Origin: Erysipelotrichaceae bacterium
GTDB taxonomy: Bacteria > Bacillota_I > Bacilli_A > RFN20 > CAG-826
Direction: 5' to 3'
Assembly: GCA_015058945.1 (NCBI GenBank)
Contig: SVBF01000007.1
Span: forward strand, 2,230-66,229
Length of the DNA: 64,000 nt
The position numbers and the translations under genes are program-made. Every line of letters starts with the position of its first letter. The first letter of the stretch is position 1. The notes beneath the pieces were generated by a model that saw nothing but the letters and a program-made list of their open reading frames with translations, made no database searches and was not told the origin of the DNA. Below are positions 55,215 to 64,000 of this stretch, piece by piece.

Positions 55215-56488
55215 TCTTCCCCTCCGTTATGCCCGCCGATCATGACGTTGCGTTCCCTCTGGGTCGCTTTCGCGGTGTAATCGGTCCCATGGAGCACGGC
55301 GTTTTTGCCGAACTTCTTCTCGATTTCCAATAGGGAATCGCGTAAGGCCTTCTGTTTTTCTAACTCGTCCGTGTCATCGAAAAGGCTATGGCTTTCTAGC
55401 GGTTCTTCCTTGACGTCGACGAAGGCCAGCGCAATCGCCTTGATCTCGGCGTCGCGCCTCACCTTGCGGTCATAAAGATCCAAGACGATCGGCATGAATG
55501 CCGAGGCTAGATTGCTTCGCCCCATCACGTCGGCGTTGAAATGAACGTCCGGGCCATGACGCCACCCCCTGCCTTTGTCGAAGGAGATGCCGACATATAG
55601 CCGCGGGCTCACCATGCCGCGCCGAGCGAGTTCGAGGCAATGGGCCTCCACCATCTCTTTGATGATGTTACGCGCCTCGGAGAAAGAATAGGCGCAGGGC
55701 AAGATCTGGTTCGTGGAGATCGCTTGGGATTGGCTCTTGTAGTTCTTGATGTCGACCATACGGGTCGGCTCTTTGCCATAGGCATGGTCGATGAGCAATT
55801 CCGCGTTGACGCCGAACTCCTCATAGAGGAGATTCTCGTCCGCCTTGCGGATTCCCTCCATGTCGAAGATGCCAAGTTTGGCTAAGCGCGATTCCGTCCC
55901 CGAAGAGATCATCCAAAAGGAGGACAAGGGACGGGTATGGGAGCATTCGCGTAGGTACTTTTCCTCGTCGAGCCAGCCGACTCCATGAGGGTCATGCTTC
56001 GCCATCAAACCCGAGGCGACTTTGGCCAAATACATATTCGTGCCGATGCCGGCGGTCATGGGGATACCATAGGTATCTTTGATTTCGTTCATCAGACGCA
56101 AAGCGAATTCCTTCGCGCGAATCTTATAGAGTTTCAGATACGTCGTCGCGTCGATGATGACCTCGTCGATCGAATAGACGTGGATGTCCTCTTTGGAGAT
56201 ATATTTCAAATAAATCCCATAGATGCCGGCGCATACGTCGATGTAGCGCTTCATGCGCGGCTTGGCGATGACGATGTTCGGGTCCTTGGGCACGTCAAAG
56301 AGACGGCAGCGGTTCTTCACCCCTTTCGCCTTAAGCGAAGGTGAGACCGCGAGGCAAATCGTCTTCTCGGTGCGCGAGGCATCGGCGACGACCAAATCGG
56401 TGGTCATGGGGTCGAGCCCGCGGTCCACCGCTTCCACCGAGGCGTAAAACGAACGGGCGTCGATCACGAAATATACGCGCGGTTCCAT
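55211..56488 (-). CDS. Y-family DNA polymerase (UmuC/DinB-like translesion polymerase)
   Basis: YFVIDARSFYASVEAVDRGLDP palm motif plus finger/little-finger regions. Start at MEPRVYF, overlapping the zur stop. Confidence 0.8.
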   Translation of the reverse strand: MEPRVYFVIDARSFYASVEAVDRGLDPMTTDLVVADASRTEKTICLAVSPSLKAKGVKNRCRLFDVPKDPNIVIAKPRMKRYIDVCAGIYGIYLKYISKEDIHVYSIDEVIIDATTYLKLYKIRAKEFALRLMNEIKDTYGIPMTAGIGTNMYLAKVASGLMAKHDPHGVGWLDEEKYLRECSHTRPLSSFWMISSGTESRLAKLGIFDMEGIRKADENLLYEEFGVNAELLIDHAYGKEPTRMVDIKNYKSQSQAISTNQILPCAYSFSEARNIIKEMVEAHCLELARRGMVSPRLYVGISFDKGRGWRHGPDVHFNADVMGRSNLASAFMPIVLDLYDRKVRRDAEIKAIALAFVDVKEEPLESHSLFDDTDELEKQKALRDSLLEIEKKFGKNAVLHGTDYTAKATQRERNVMIGGHNGGEE

Positions 56489-56490
56489 AA

Positions 56491-56931
56491 TCAGTGATGA
56501 TGCGTTCCTTTCTCGTGCGGTTCTTTCTTTAGGCACGAGGGGCAGATGCCATAGATCTCGGTGTTATGGTCGAGCACGTGAAAGCCGGTTTTGTTTTCGA
56601 TGGCCTCGTTCACCTCGTGATATGGGCATCCTTCTAACGGCACTTTCTTGCCGCAGCGAAGGCAAACCAACAGATGGGTGACTTCGTCCTTGGCGAGAGA
56701 ATAGAGGCATTCCTTCCCAGGCCCACTCTCCTTGCGGACGATGCCGACGCGAAAGAGGTGGCCGAGGGTACGGTAAACGGTCGATAAGTCCGCCCCGCTC
56801 TGTCGGAGGCTCGCATGGAGTTCCTCGGCGGTGATCGGCGAACCCAAAGAAGAAAGATAACGCACGACGTCGATGCGCGCCGGCGTCGCCTTCAATCCGT
56901 GTTCCCGTAAAAGTTTCGCTTCTTCTTCCAT
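56491..56931 (-). CDS. zur: Fur-family metalloregulator, probable Zur
   Basis: Winged helix plus CxxC...CPxC (CLRCGKK...CPSC) and a C-terminal HHH. Divergent from znuABC, with a palindromic box between them. Confidence 0.7.
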   Translation of the reverse strand: MEEEAKLLREHGLKATPARIDVVRYLSSLGSPITAEELHASLRQSGADLSTVYRTLGHLFRVGIVRKESGPGKECLYSLAKDEVTHLLVCLRCGKKVPLEGCPYHEVNEAIENKTGFHVLDHNTEIYGICPSCLKKEPHEKGTHHH

Positions 56932-56973
56932 CGTTGATTTGACCTACTTCGAATGATATATTTTAGACGCAAA

Positions 56974-56988
56974 TGCAAATCATTTGCA
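56974..56988. promoter_or_regulatory. candidate Zur/Fur box
   Basis: Perfect palindrome TGCAAAT-C-ATTTGCA in the zur/znuA divergent promoter region. Confidence 0.5.
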
Positions 56989-56998
56989 ACTACTAATC

Positions 56999-57859
56999 AT
57001 GATGCGAATTGGGAAAATCAGCTTCTTGGCGGCACTGCTCGCCTCCTGCGGTGGGCAAAGCCCAACCACGCCGACGCTCGTCGCCTCTTTTTATCCCATC
57101 GCCTATCTGACGAGCCGCATCGCCGGCGACAAATATGAGGTCCATTGCCTCGTGCCCGCCGGTGAAGAACCTCACGATTTCGACCTTCGCCCCTCTGGGG
57201 CTAGAGCCATCGAGGACGCAGATGCGCTTTTCCTTAATGGCCTAGGCATGGAAGGATGGGCGGATAGCCTCTCTCCCAAGGTAAAGTCCAAAGCCCACGT
57301 CCTCTCCGAAGGCCTCGACACATTATCCATTGAAGGTCGCGTCGACCCCCATGTTTGGCTCGATCCCGTCCGTTACAAGGAAATGGGCCGTCATTGCATG
57401 GAAGCCCTATGCGAAATCGACCCGAAAAACATCGTGACATACCAAATGAACTACGGTTCCTTTGCCGCGGAGATTGACCGCTTGATCGCCCATTGCGAAA
57501 CGCTTTCGGCCGATTTCTCCAACAAAGTCATCGCCGTCTCCCATGCCGCCTTTGGCTACATGGCGGACCGTTTCTCGTTCAAGCAGCTTTATATCAACGG
57601 CGTCTCCCCCGACGACGAGCCTTCCCAAAAAGCCATCGAAGGCATTTTGGAGGCGATCCAAACCTACGGCATCGACACCGTCTTCTTTGAAGAGCTCGCT
57701 AGTGACGAAGTCGCGAGAAGGATCGCCGAGGCCACTGGGGCCAAATGTGAGTCGCTCAATCCCTTGGAAGGTCTCGAACAAGACGAAATCGACGCGGGGG
57801 AAAACTATTTCTCCGTCTATAAGGAAAACATGCGGAAAATCGCGGAGGCTAGGCCATGA
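56999..57859 (+). CDS. znuA: zinc/manganese ABC transporter substrate-binding lipoprotein (TroA/ZnuA-like)
   Basis: Lipobox LLASCGG and metal-binding His context (EPHDFD...DPHVWLDP). Confidence 0.8.
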   Translation: MMRIGKISFLAALLASCGGQSPTTPTLVASFYPIAYLTSRIAGDKYEVHCLVPAGEEPHDFDLRPSGARAIEDADALFLNGLGMEGWADSLSPKVKSKAHVLSEGLDTLSIEGRVDPHVWLDPVRYKEMGRHCMEALCEIDPKNIVTYQMNYGSFAAEIDRLIAHCETLSADFSNKVIAVSHAAFGYMADRFSFKQLYINGVSPDDEPSQKAIEGILEAIQTYGIDTVFFEELASDEVARRIAEATGAKCESLNPLEGLEQDEIDAGENYFSVYKENMRKIAEARP

Positions 57860-58515
57860 TCGAGTTCAAGGACGTCGGTTTCTCTTATCAAGACGAAGCC
57901 TTGCTCCGCCACATCGACTTCAAGATGGAGGACGGACAGTTCGTGGGTATCCTCGGTCCTAATGGTGGGGGCAAATCCACTTTCCTCAAACTCGCTTTGG
58001 GACTAATCAAACCCATCTCGGGTAGTCTCGTCATCACCGATGAGCGCGTCGCCTATCTTTCCCAAACGACCCCATCGGCAGACCGCGACTTCCAATGCAC
58101 CGTCGAGGAGCTCGTCACCCTCGGCTGTATTCAGGGCAAAAAGCTATTCCCGAACAAAGCGGACCGGGCGAAAGTAAAATCGTTACTCGAGGAATTCGAC
58201 CTATACGACTTAAGGAAGCATCTGATGGGCGAGCTTTCGGGTGGTCAACTCCAACGCGCCCGATTCGCAAAAGCCTTAGCCGGCGACCCGACGCTTTTGA
58301 TCTTCGATGAGCCAGACGCCGGCATGGACGAAGAGAACCACCACCGCATGGTCCATGTCATCGAGCGGCTCCATAAGGAGGGAAAGAGCATCCTCTTCGT
58401 CTCCCACCACCCCCACGACCTAGAACACGCCGACGCCGTCTACTTCATCGAAAACGGCGAGCTCATCACCTATGAGCAAGAACTCGAAAGGGGGCATCAA
58501 CATGTTTCATTATGA
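57856..58515 (+). CDS. znuC: metal ABC transporter ATP-binding protein
   Basis: Walker A GPNGGGKST, LSGGQLQRARFA and IFDEPDAGMD; overlaps the znuA stop. Confidence 0.8.
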   Translation: MIEFKDVGFSYQDEALLRHIDFKMEDGQFVGILGPNGGGKSTFLKLALGLIKPISGSLVITDERVAYLSQTTPSADRDFQCTVEELVTLGCIQGKKLFPNKADRAKVKSLLEEFDLYDLRKHLMGELSGGQLQRARFAKALAGDPTLLIFDEPDAGMDEENHHRMVHVIERLHKEGKSILFVSHHPHDLEHADAVYFIENGELITYEQELERGHQHVSL

Positions 58516-59323
58516 GTTCATGGTCATCGCGTTCGTCGCGGCGGGATTGCTCGGCATCGCCTTTCCGCTCTTAGGCGGGACGGTCGTTTATAAGAAACTC
58601 TCGTCCTCGGGGGACGCCCTTTCCCATAGCGCTTTGGCTGGGGTCGCCATCGGTCTCGTCGCTGGGCTCAACCCCCTTTGGATGTCCATCGTCAGCTGCG
58701 TCGTCGCTTTCCTAATCATCGGGGTTTTGCGGCGAAAATTCGGAAAACACGCGGAAATTGGCGTGGTTGTCGTCCTTAGCGCGGCCATCGCTTTGGCTGG
58801 CGTGCTCTCTGGTTATGCGAGTGCGGCGAACTTCGAATCGTACCTCTTCGGCTCCATCTTGCTCATCGGTTATCCCGAGCTTTGGGTCGTCTTAGGACTC
58901 GCGGTGATTTCCGTTTTGTTCTTCGTCCTCACCTACTACCGCCAGTTCCATCTCCTCTATAGCGAAGAGGAGGCGCGCCTCGCCCATATCCACGTCTATG
59001 TCCTCGACTTCGCGCATTCGTTGTTGTTCGCCCTCGCAGTCGCGATTGGGGCGAAGATCGTCGGTTCTCTCGTCGTCTCCTCGATGATCGTGCTGCCTAC
59101 CGCCTGCGCGCTTCTATGGAAAAAGGGTTATCGCGACACCACCATCATCAGCCTCTGTTATAGTTTGGCGGCCATGCTCGGCGGGATCGTCGTCAGTTAT
59201 TACGCGGATTGGAAGCCTGGCGCGACGAGCGTGTTGCTTGCCGTTACCATGCTTCTTCTCACGGCCGCTTTCTTCGTCCTCGTTCGACTAGGAAAAAGAA
59301 AAAAGGCCAAGCGTTCGCTTTAG
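58502..59323 (+). CDS. znuB: metal ABC transporter permease
   Basis: Eight TM helices, ABC-3 family pattern; start at MFHYEF. Confidence 0.75.
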   Translation: MFHYEFMVIAFVAAGLLGIAFPLLGGTVVYKKLSSSGDALSHSALAGVAIGLVAGLNPLWMSIVSCVVAFLIIGVLRRKFGKHAEIGVVVVLSAAIALAGVLSGYASAANFESYLFGSILLIGYPELWVVLGLAVISVLFFVLTYYRQFHLLYSEEEARLAHIHVYVLDFAHSLLFALAVAIGAKIVGSLVVSSMIVLPTACALLWKKGYRDTTIISLCYSLAAMLGGIVVSYYADWKPGATSVLLAVTMLLLTAAFFVLVRLGKRKKAKRSL

Positions 59324-60111
59324 CCTATCTTCATTTCCTCGCGGAGGGATTCGACTTCGTCCTCGTAATCCATCGACCATTCGTAACTCGGTAGGAACGG
59401 GCCTGAGTAGGTCCCTTTCTTTTTGCCTAGCAAGTCATAGTAGTCGCATTGGATGTCCTCGACGTTCACCGAGAGCATGGCCCGCCCAAAGTTCACGCAA
59501 GGGCAACGCACGCCCTCAAGCGTCGAACGGAGCCGCCACACGGCGTCGCGATAAAGGATTTTCGCCTTATCGAGGTCTTTGTCCGGCCATAAGGCGGTGA
59601 TCGCGCGCTCCATCGTCACGTTCTTGCCTTGCAAGACGATGAGGAACGCGAAAAGCTCTTTGGATTTCGAGGAGGAGAAATGGATGGGACGCCCATACAT
59701 AAAGCAATCGAACCCATCGAACATCTGGACCTTCATTTTGGCTTTCTGCTGTTTGAAGCGATCGATGAATACGCCGAGGTCGATGCCCGTCAACGGCTTA
59801 TAGGCCACGCCAAGGATTGAGGGTCGCAAGTCGGCGTCGATTTGTTCCAACGTCAAAGACGTTCCCGTCAGGAAAAGGATTTTGATCTTAGGACGGATCT
59901 CCAGAATCATTTTGGCAAGTTTCAAACCGGAGATATGGGGCATCCTCACGTCCAATATCGCCCCATCCACTTCGTTTTCCCCACAGTAAGACAAAATGGC
60001 CGCGGGGTCGTCTTTGAAATAATGAAAGTCAATCGAATGGTCGGAGCGCACCGCCTCGTCGAGGAAGAGGTGAAGCGCTGTGGATTCGTCATCGACGACG
60101 ATGATATTCAT
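59320..60111 (-). CDS. response regulator (REC) with atypical C-terminal winged-helix-like output domain
   Basis: REC domain (MNIIVVDDES...ILDVRMPHISG...KILFLTG). The C-terminus (ERAITALWPDKDLDKAKILYRDAVWRLRSTL) is not a LytTR domain. Confidence 0.65.
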   Translation of the reverse strand: MNIIVVDDESTALHLFLDEAVRSDHSIDFHYFKDDPAAILSYCGENEVDGAILDVRMPHISGLKLAKMILEIRPKIKILFLTGTSLTLEQIDADLRPSILGVAYKPLTGIDLGVFIDRFKQQKAKMKVQMFDGFDCFMYGRPIHFSSSKSKELFAFLIVLQGKNVTMERAITALWPDKDLDKAKILYRDAVWRLRSTLEGVRCPCVNFGRAMLSVNVEDIQCDYYDLLGKKKGTYSGPFLPSYEWSMDYEDEVESLREEMKIG

Positions 60112-61511
60112 CGTTTTTCCTCCCCACTAGGCTTTATAGGAATAAAGAAGGTGATCTTCGTGCCTTCGCCAGGCTCGCTTTCGATCTTTGTCTCCGCGTT
60201 CAGCAAGATTTTGAAGCGCGATTCGACATTGCGCAAGCCGACCGAATCCGCACGGATCTTCTTCATGTCAAATCCAACGCCATTATCGGCAAAGGACAAG
60301 ACGAAACGATCGCCGTCCCGGTAACTGTCGATTTTGACATAGCCATCCGCTTTGTCCGCGATGCCGCTATAACGGATGACGTTCTCCAAAAGAGGCTGCA
60401 ACGAGAAATAGGGCACCTCATATCCATCGTCCTCGATGTTGAATAGCAGCGTCAACGGCTTGTCGCCTTTGAGGTTATGAAGTTCCAAATAGTCCGAAAG
60501 CAATTCCAGTTCCTTCGTTAACGGCACCAAATAGGTGTCCCCCGCGTCGGTATAGGACCGCAGATAACGGGATAGCAAGTCGATGCCCAAATCGCCTTTG
60601 TCCGGGTTAAGGCGATAGAAGGATTTGATGAAGGTCAATGTGTTGAAAAGGAAATGGGAGGAGGTTTGGTTCCTCAGAATATTCGCCTGCATCTCCTGCA
60701 ACTTCTGCTCCGCCCGTTCTTTTTCGACGACGGCTTTGCCGATACGAATGGTGAACGAAAGGTAAATCGAGAAGAAGAATAACGGCAGGGCCAAGGAAAA
60801 AACCGCGGTCGGCGCCATGGCGACATAAAGCGAAGGATAGGCCCTACCGACGCTTTCGCTTAAAACCATGAAGGATAAGGTGAGGAAAATCGTGATCGTG
60901 AAACCGATGATCACCGTCCAGGTCTTGGCCCGGGAGAAAGTGTTGATCAAGGAAACCACCCAGAACGAACCGACCAAGAAGGCGATAACGACGGCGACCC
61001 ATTCTAGTCCCACCCAATAGAGGCCGACATAGAGCAAGAAGTCCGCCACAAGGATCGCCACCGAAAGGATGGAGGTGCGATGTAAGACCCCTGCTTTCTC
61101 GTCAAGCGAGGCGAAACGGAACAGAAAGACCAAAGCCGTCAAATACGAAAGGAAGCGCACCATGTCGAGGAGGATGAGTATGGCGTTATCAAGCGCCGTC
61201 CCACTGGGATGAAAGCCCACCGTCACGAGGAAGGCGCGCGAAGTGATTACGGCGACCAAGATGGATAAGGCGACGCCCGCGGTGTTCCAAGTCGCGTCAG
61301 AAACGATGAACGGGGAAACAAATTCGACGATGACGACGATGATCAGTAGCGAAGCCCCAAGAATAAGCAGGGTCGAGAAAACGCGCTCTCTATCCCCTCC
61401 ATATACCTCAGGATGAAAGGCATAGAAGAGCCCAAACGAAATGGCCATAGACAAGACGGCCGCGCCAACGAGGAAAGGCCAACCATATTTAAAAAATGAT
61501 TTCAGCCACAT
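60108..61511 (-). CDS. LytS/YehU-type membrane sensor histidine kinase
   Basis: Multi-TM N-terminus, the His_kinase box QTSSHFLFNTL and a C-terminal HATPase (DNGVGFD...GLRNV). Confidence 0.75.
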   Translation of the reverse strand: MWLKSFFKYGWPFLVGAAVLSMAISFGLFYAFHPEVYGGDRERVFSTLLILGASLLIIVVIVEFVSPFIVSDATWNTAGVALSILVAVITSRAFLVTVGFHPSGTALDNAILILLDMVRFLSYLTALVFLFRFASLDEKAGVLHRTSILSVAILVADFLLYVGLYWVGLEWVAVVIAFLVGSFWVVSLINTFSRAKTWTVIIGFTITIFLTLSFMVLSESVGRAYPSLYVAMAPTAVFSLALPLFFFSIYLSFTIRIGKAVVEKERAEQKLQEMQANILRNQTSSHFLFNTLTFIKSFYRLNPDKGDLGIDLLSRYLRSYTDAGDTYLVPLTKELELLSDYLELHNLKGDKPLTLLFNIEDDGYEVPYFSLQPLLENVIRYSGIADKADGYVKIDSYRDGDRFVLSFADNGVGFDMKKIRADSVGLRNVESRFKILLNAETKIESEPGEGTKITFFIPIKPSGEEKR

Positions 61512-61859
61512 GTGCACATTATATACGGGAGCCAGAAAAAGAGGGGCATCACCGCACTAAGCAGATGATGCCCCGCCCCCCTTTAAACTTCCACGTGTTT
61601 GGAAGAGAAGTCGTGTTCGATGGGATAAATATAAATGGCGATGCGCTATAAAAGTGCTAAACACAGGACCTGATTTTAAAGAAAGGAAAAACCGCGCTAA
61701 CGCTTTCGTAACTAAGGCATTTTTGCGCGGTAATTCCGAAAAATCGGCGGATTTTTGCAACGATAATGCATAAAACAATCATAAAGCGGACGACTGAGAT
61801 CATATGAAAAATCCGGCGCGCCACCGGATCCTTGCTTTAACTTTTTTATCGCTTCGCCA

Positions 61860-62879
61860 TCATCTCCCGCCGAGGAATCGGTATACGGGTTTTGCGAAGC
61901 GCTGCAACAAATAAGTGATGGCGAGGGTTGCAACTGATGAAACGGTGATTACGCAGAAGAAAAGCGCGGCGCAGTTGTAATTGGAGTCCGCCGGTAGTCC
62001 CATTTGCAGCAACAGTTTGAAGCCATTGACGATGCCGAGGTGGCAGAAAAAGATGAAGGCGGACGTCTTGAAGATATCGTGGATGTTTTCTTTCTCGAAA
62101 AGAGAAGTCAGCGCATCCATGGAGAACCAGACCAAAACGGGTGCGGCAAACCGATAGACATAGTAGGCATAATCTTCAAATTGGGCATGGATAAAGGTGA
62201 ACGTCAACGACAGGGAGATAAGCACAGCCAACACGGCGACGGAGATTAGCCTCGGACGGTACCGGTTCATGATCGGGATTTGGAAATACGCCAGATAGGA
62301 ACCGATGAAGAATAGCGGGATGAAAAGCAATATTCCGCCATATTCCGGACGGAAGAACATATAGACGAAGAGGAGAATGACCGGGATAAAAATGGACCAT
62401 TTTCTTAGATACTTGAACGCAAAATAAAGTAAAGGCGAGCAGACAAAATACACGAGGAGAGGACGAACAAACCAGAGGTGAGGATAGGAATTCGCCATCA
62501 GGATATCGACGACGACCGATTGGAAGGTCAGCGTGATAGGTTCCCCATTGAAAAGCGGGAAGAAAACCTGCATGAGCAAGAACGCCAAGACGCTCCAAAC
62601 GAAATAAGGGATGACCAAGGAGAACACCTTGCCCAAGAGCATCTTCGGATAACCCCTCAACGTGAATTTCGTGAAGAGCAAATAGCCCGAGATGGCAAAG
62701 AATGTCGGCACGGCGGCATCGCCGATGACGAGGAAGACCCTTTGGATGCTATAGGAAAACTCATATCCCGCTAAAGCAGGATCAAGAACATCGACGTAGG
62801 ACGAGTGGAGCACCAAGACAAAAACGGCCAAAAGGAAAGTCGTGTAATAAAGCTTGTTGGACAACGCTTTGCTGAGCAT
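61860..62879 (-). CDS. acyltransferase-3 family membrane O-acyltransferase
   Basis: Ten TM helices and acyltransferase_3 N-terminal residues (LHSSYVDV...FFAISGYLL). Start set at the first ATG (the track start is TTG). Confidence 0.6.
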   Translation of the reverse strand: MLSKALSNKLYYTTFLLAVFVLVLHSSYVDVLDPALAGYEFSYSIQRVFLVIGDAAVPTFFAISGYLLFTKFTLRGYPKMLLGKVFSLVIPYFVWSVLAFLLMQVFFPLFNGEPITLTFQSVVVDILMANSYPHLWFVRPLLVYFVCSPLLYFAFKYLRKWSIFIPVILLFVYMFFRPEYGGILLFIPLFFIGSYLAYFQIPIMNRYRPRLISVAVLAVLISLSLTFTFIHAQFEDYAYYVYRFAAPVLVWFSMDALTSLFEKENIHDIFKTSAFIFFCHLGIVNGFKLLLQMGLPADSNYNCAALFFCVITVSSVATLAITYLLQRFAKPVYRFLGGR

Positions 62880-63236
62880 CGATAAAAAGTTAATCCTTTT
62901 ATCGACCAAAAGCAAAAACCCTAGCGAAAGAGGAAAGAAAAACGTTTCCTTTCACGAAAATGACGCGATTGTCCATATCGTCGGTCAAGGCACCTTCCAG
63001 CAAATTGAAAACTGGCTTTGGATCGACGGGGTTCTTTTTCATCCCTGAAAGATAATTGAATTCAGTTGTCCACAAATCGCGGGCAACTGCAATCCCGCCT
63101 ACTTTTTTGTTCCCATCCAAAATGCGATAGGTGACCGATCCCTTTCAATGGATTGAGTCGACGATGGTCTCCCCTCCACTACGGCGGACTGTCCTCTGAT
63201 GCGATTTGATTATATCGACATGAGGTGCGCACAACG

Positions 63237-63875
63237 TTATGTCTTGTCTTGCTCACACTCGGTCTTTTTTCTAAAAACGATCGCTTTATGGATAAACAAT
63301 CCGATAACGAAAAGCGAGAACAGGAAGATGGCGCCTTGAGTGAATAGTTGCATCAAATACATCGCAGTATCATTCGCGGTGCCAAAAGTCATGATGAGGT
63401 TGAACTCCATCATCTGAATCGTATATAAGGCTCCGATCAATCCCAGATAAGAAAGGACATATTGCCGATCCGTTTTATCTTTTTTGATCAAACCCTTAAC
63501 GGCAAAGACCATCTTCGCCGTGCCATAAGCCGCATAAGCATAGATAAGCCAGTCCAAAAAATAATGGGGTGCGTCCTTGAACAATATCGTAAGGACGAAA
63601 GCCGCCATCATCGGGGTGAGAACCACTGCCGTCGAAATGATGCCCGCAACATAGTTATTTGGTTTCAGACGATACTTTTCTATCGCCCACTGCCACGTTT
63701 TAAAGAAAGCCATCAAATAAGAGAAAATGCAGTAATTGACCAAAATCCAATCGAATCGAATGATGACGAACGCCAAATGAATCGTGCCCATGGCCAATGG
63801 GCCCAGCAAGGAAAAATAGAAAGCGACGTTTCCCGAGTGGTAGAAGTCTGCCATCTTTCTAATCAGGTTTTTCAT
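63237..63875 (-). CDS. polytopic membrane protein, unknown function
   Basis: Six hydrophobic helices; 212 aa. Confidence 0.45.
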   Translation of the reverse strand: MKNLIRKMADFYHSGNVAFYFSLLGPLAMGTIHLAFVIIRFDWILVNYCIFSYLMAFFKTWQWAIEKYRLKPNNYVAGIISTAVVLTPMMAAFVLTILFKDAPHYFLDWLIYAYAAYGTAKMVFAVKGLIKKDKTDRQYVLSYLGLIGALYTIQMMEFNLIMTFGTANDTAMYLMQLFTQGAIFLFSLFVIGLFIHKAIVFRKKTECEQDKT

Positions 63876-64000
63876 TCGCCATTATGATAAGCAAAACAAA
63901 AAGGGGCAGACGCGCAATCAATCCATTATTTGTTTCTTATTTCTTTGATTCTTTTTCTGAATTCTTTTTTAAAGTCTTCGAATCTTAAATCGCTGTATTC

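Noticed and set aside
61804-61917. 37-codon plus-strand ORF overlapping the 3' end of the acyltransferase gene
   Set aside because: Short, no RBS, and overlaps a better-supported gene on the other strand.
63923-64000. Partial minus-strand C-terminal frame (...EYSDLRFEDFKKEFRKRIKEIRNK*) at the right window edge
   Set aside because: Only about 25 codons are visible, too little to call a gene or family.
1-64000. CRISPR arrays, rRNA genes, transposases/integrases, reverse transcriptase
   Set aside because: No spaced direct-repeat arrays, no rRNA-like conserved blocks and no transposase, integrase or RT-like ORFs were seen on either strand. The intron-like element and the Fic cassette therefore lack their own mobility enzymes within this window.

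Overview
The window is a densely coded, GC-rich chromosomal segment from a monoderm, Firmicutes/Tenericutes-like bacterium. At least nine genes encode lipoproteins with L-x-x-C lipoboxes. TGA is used as a stop codon and tRNA-Trp carries a CCA anticodon, so the standard bacterial code applies. Most genes are housekeeping transport, peptidase, redox or signalling functions. Recognisable loci include potAB, pepC, feoA-feoA-feoB, a CopZ-like chaperone, pepT, pcp, an Mrp/ApbC ATPase, a small-conductance mechanosensitive channel (MscS), two MATE exporters, TrkH with a split TrkA, a sirtuin, a Y-family polymerase with YolD, zur-znuABC and a LytS-type two-component pair. There are three tRNAs (Gln-CUG, His-GUG, Trp-CCA) and no CRISPR. 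Five features stand out. (1) A ~390-nt ORF-less class-C-like group II intron ribozyme (domain V/VI clear) sits just downstream of an intrinsic terminator between pepC and an acidic lipoprotein gene, with no reverse transcriptase in the window. (2) A single AT-rich Fic gene is flanked by perfect 36-bp direct repeats next to tRNA-His. (3) A compact cluster of three flavoenzymes (FNR-like reductase with 2Fe-2S domain, CrtI-like and amine-oxidase-like oxidoreductases) lies divergent from an adenylating ligase, a dedicated acyl carrier protein and an acyl-ACP thioesterase. This looks like a fatty-acid or isoprenoid modification system. (4) A four-gene signalling cassette encodes REC-EAL, Hpt, a permease and a membrane PP2C-HATPase fusion. 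(5) A collagen-like surface lipoprotein contains 99-nt tandem repeats. Many long antisense ORFs in the six-frame track are GC-driven artefacts and were not called.
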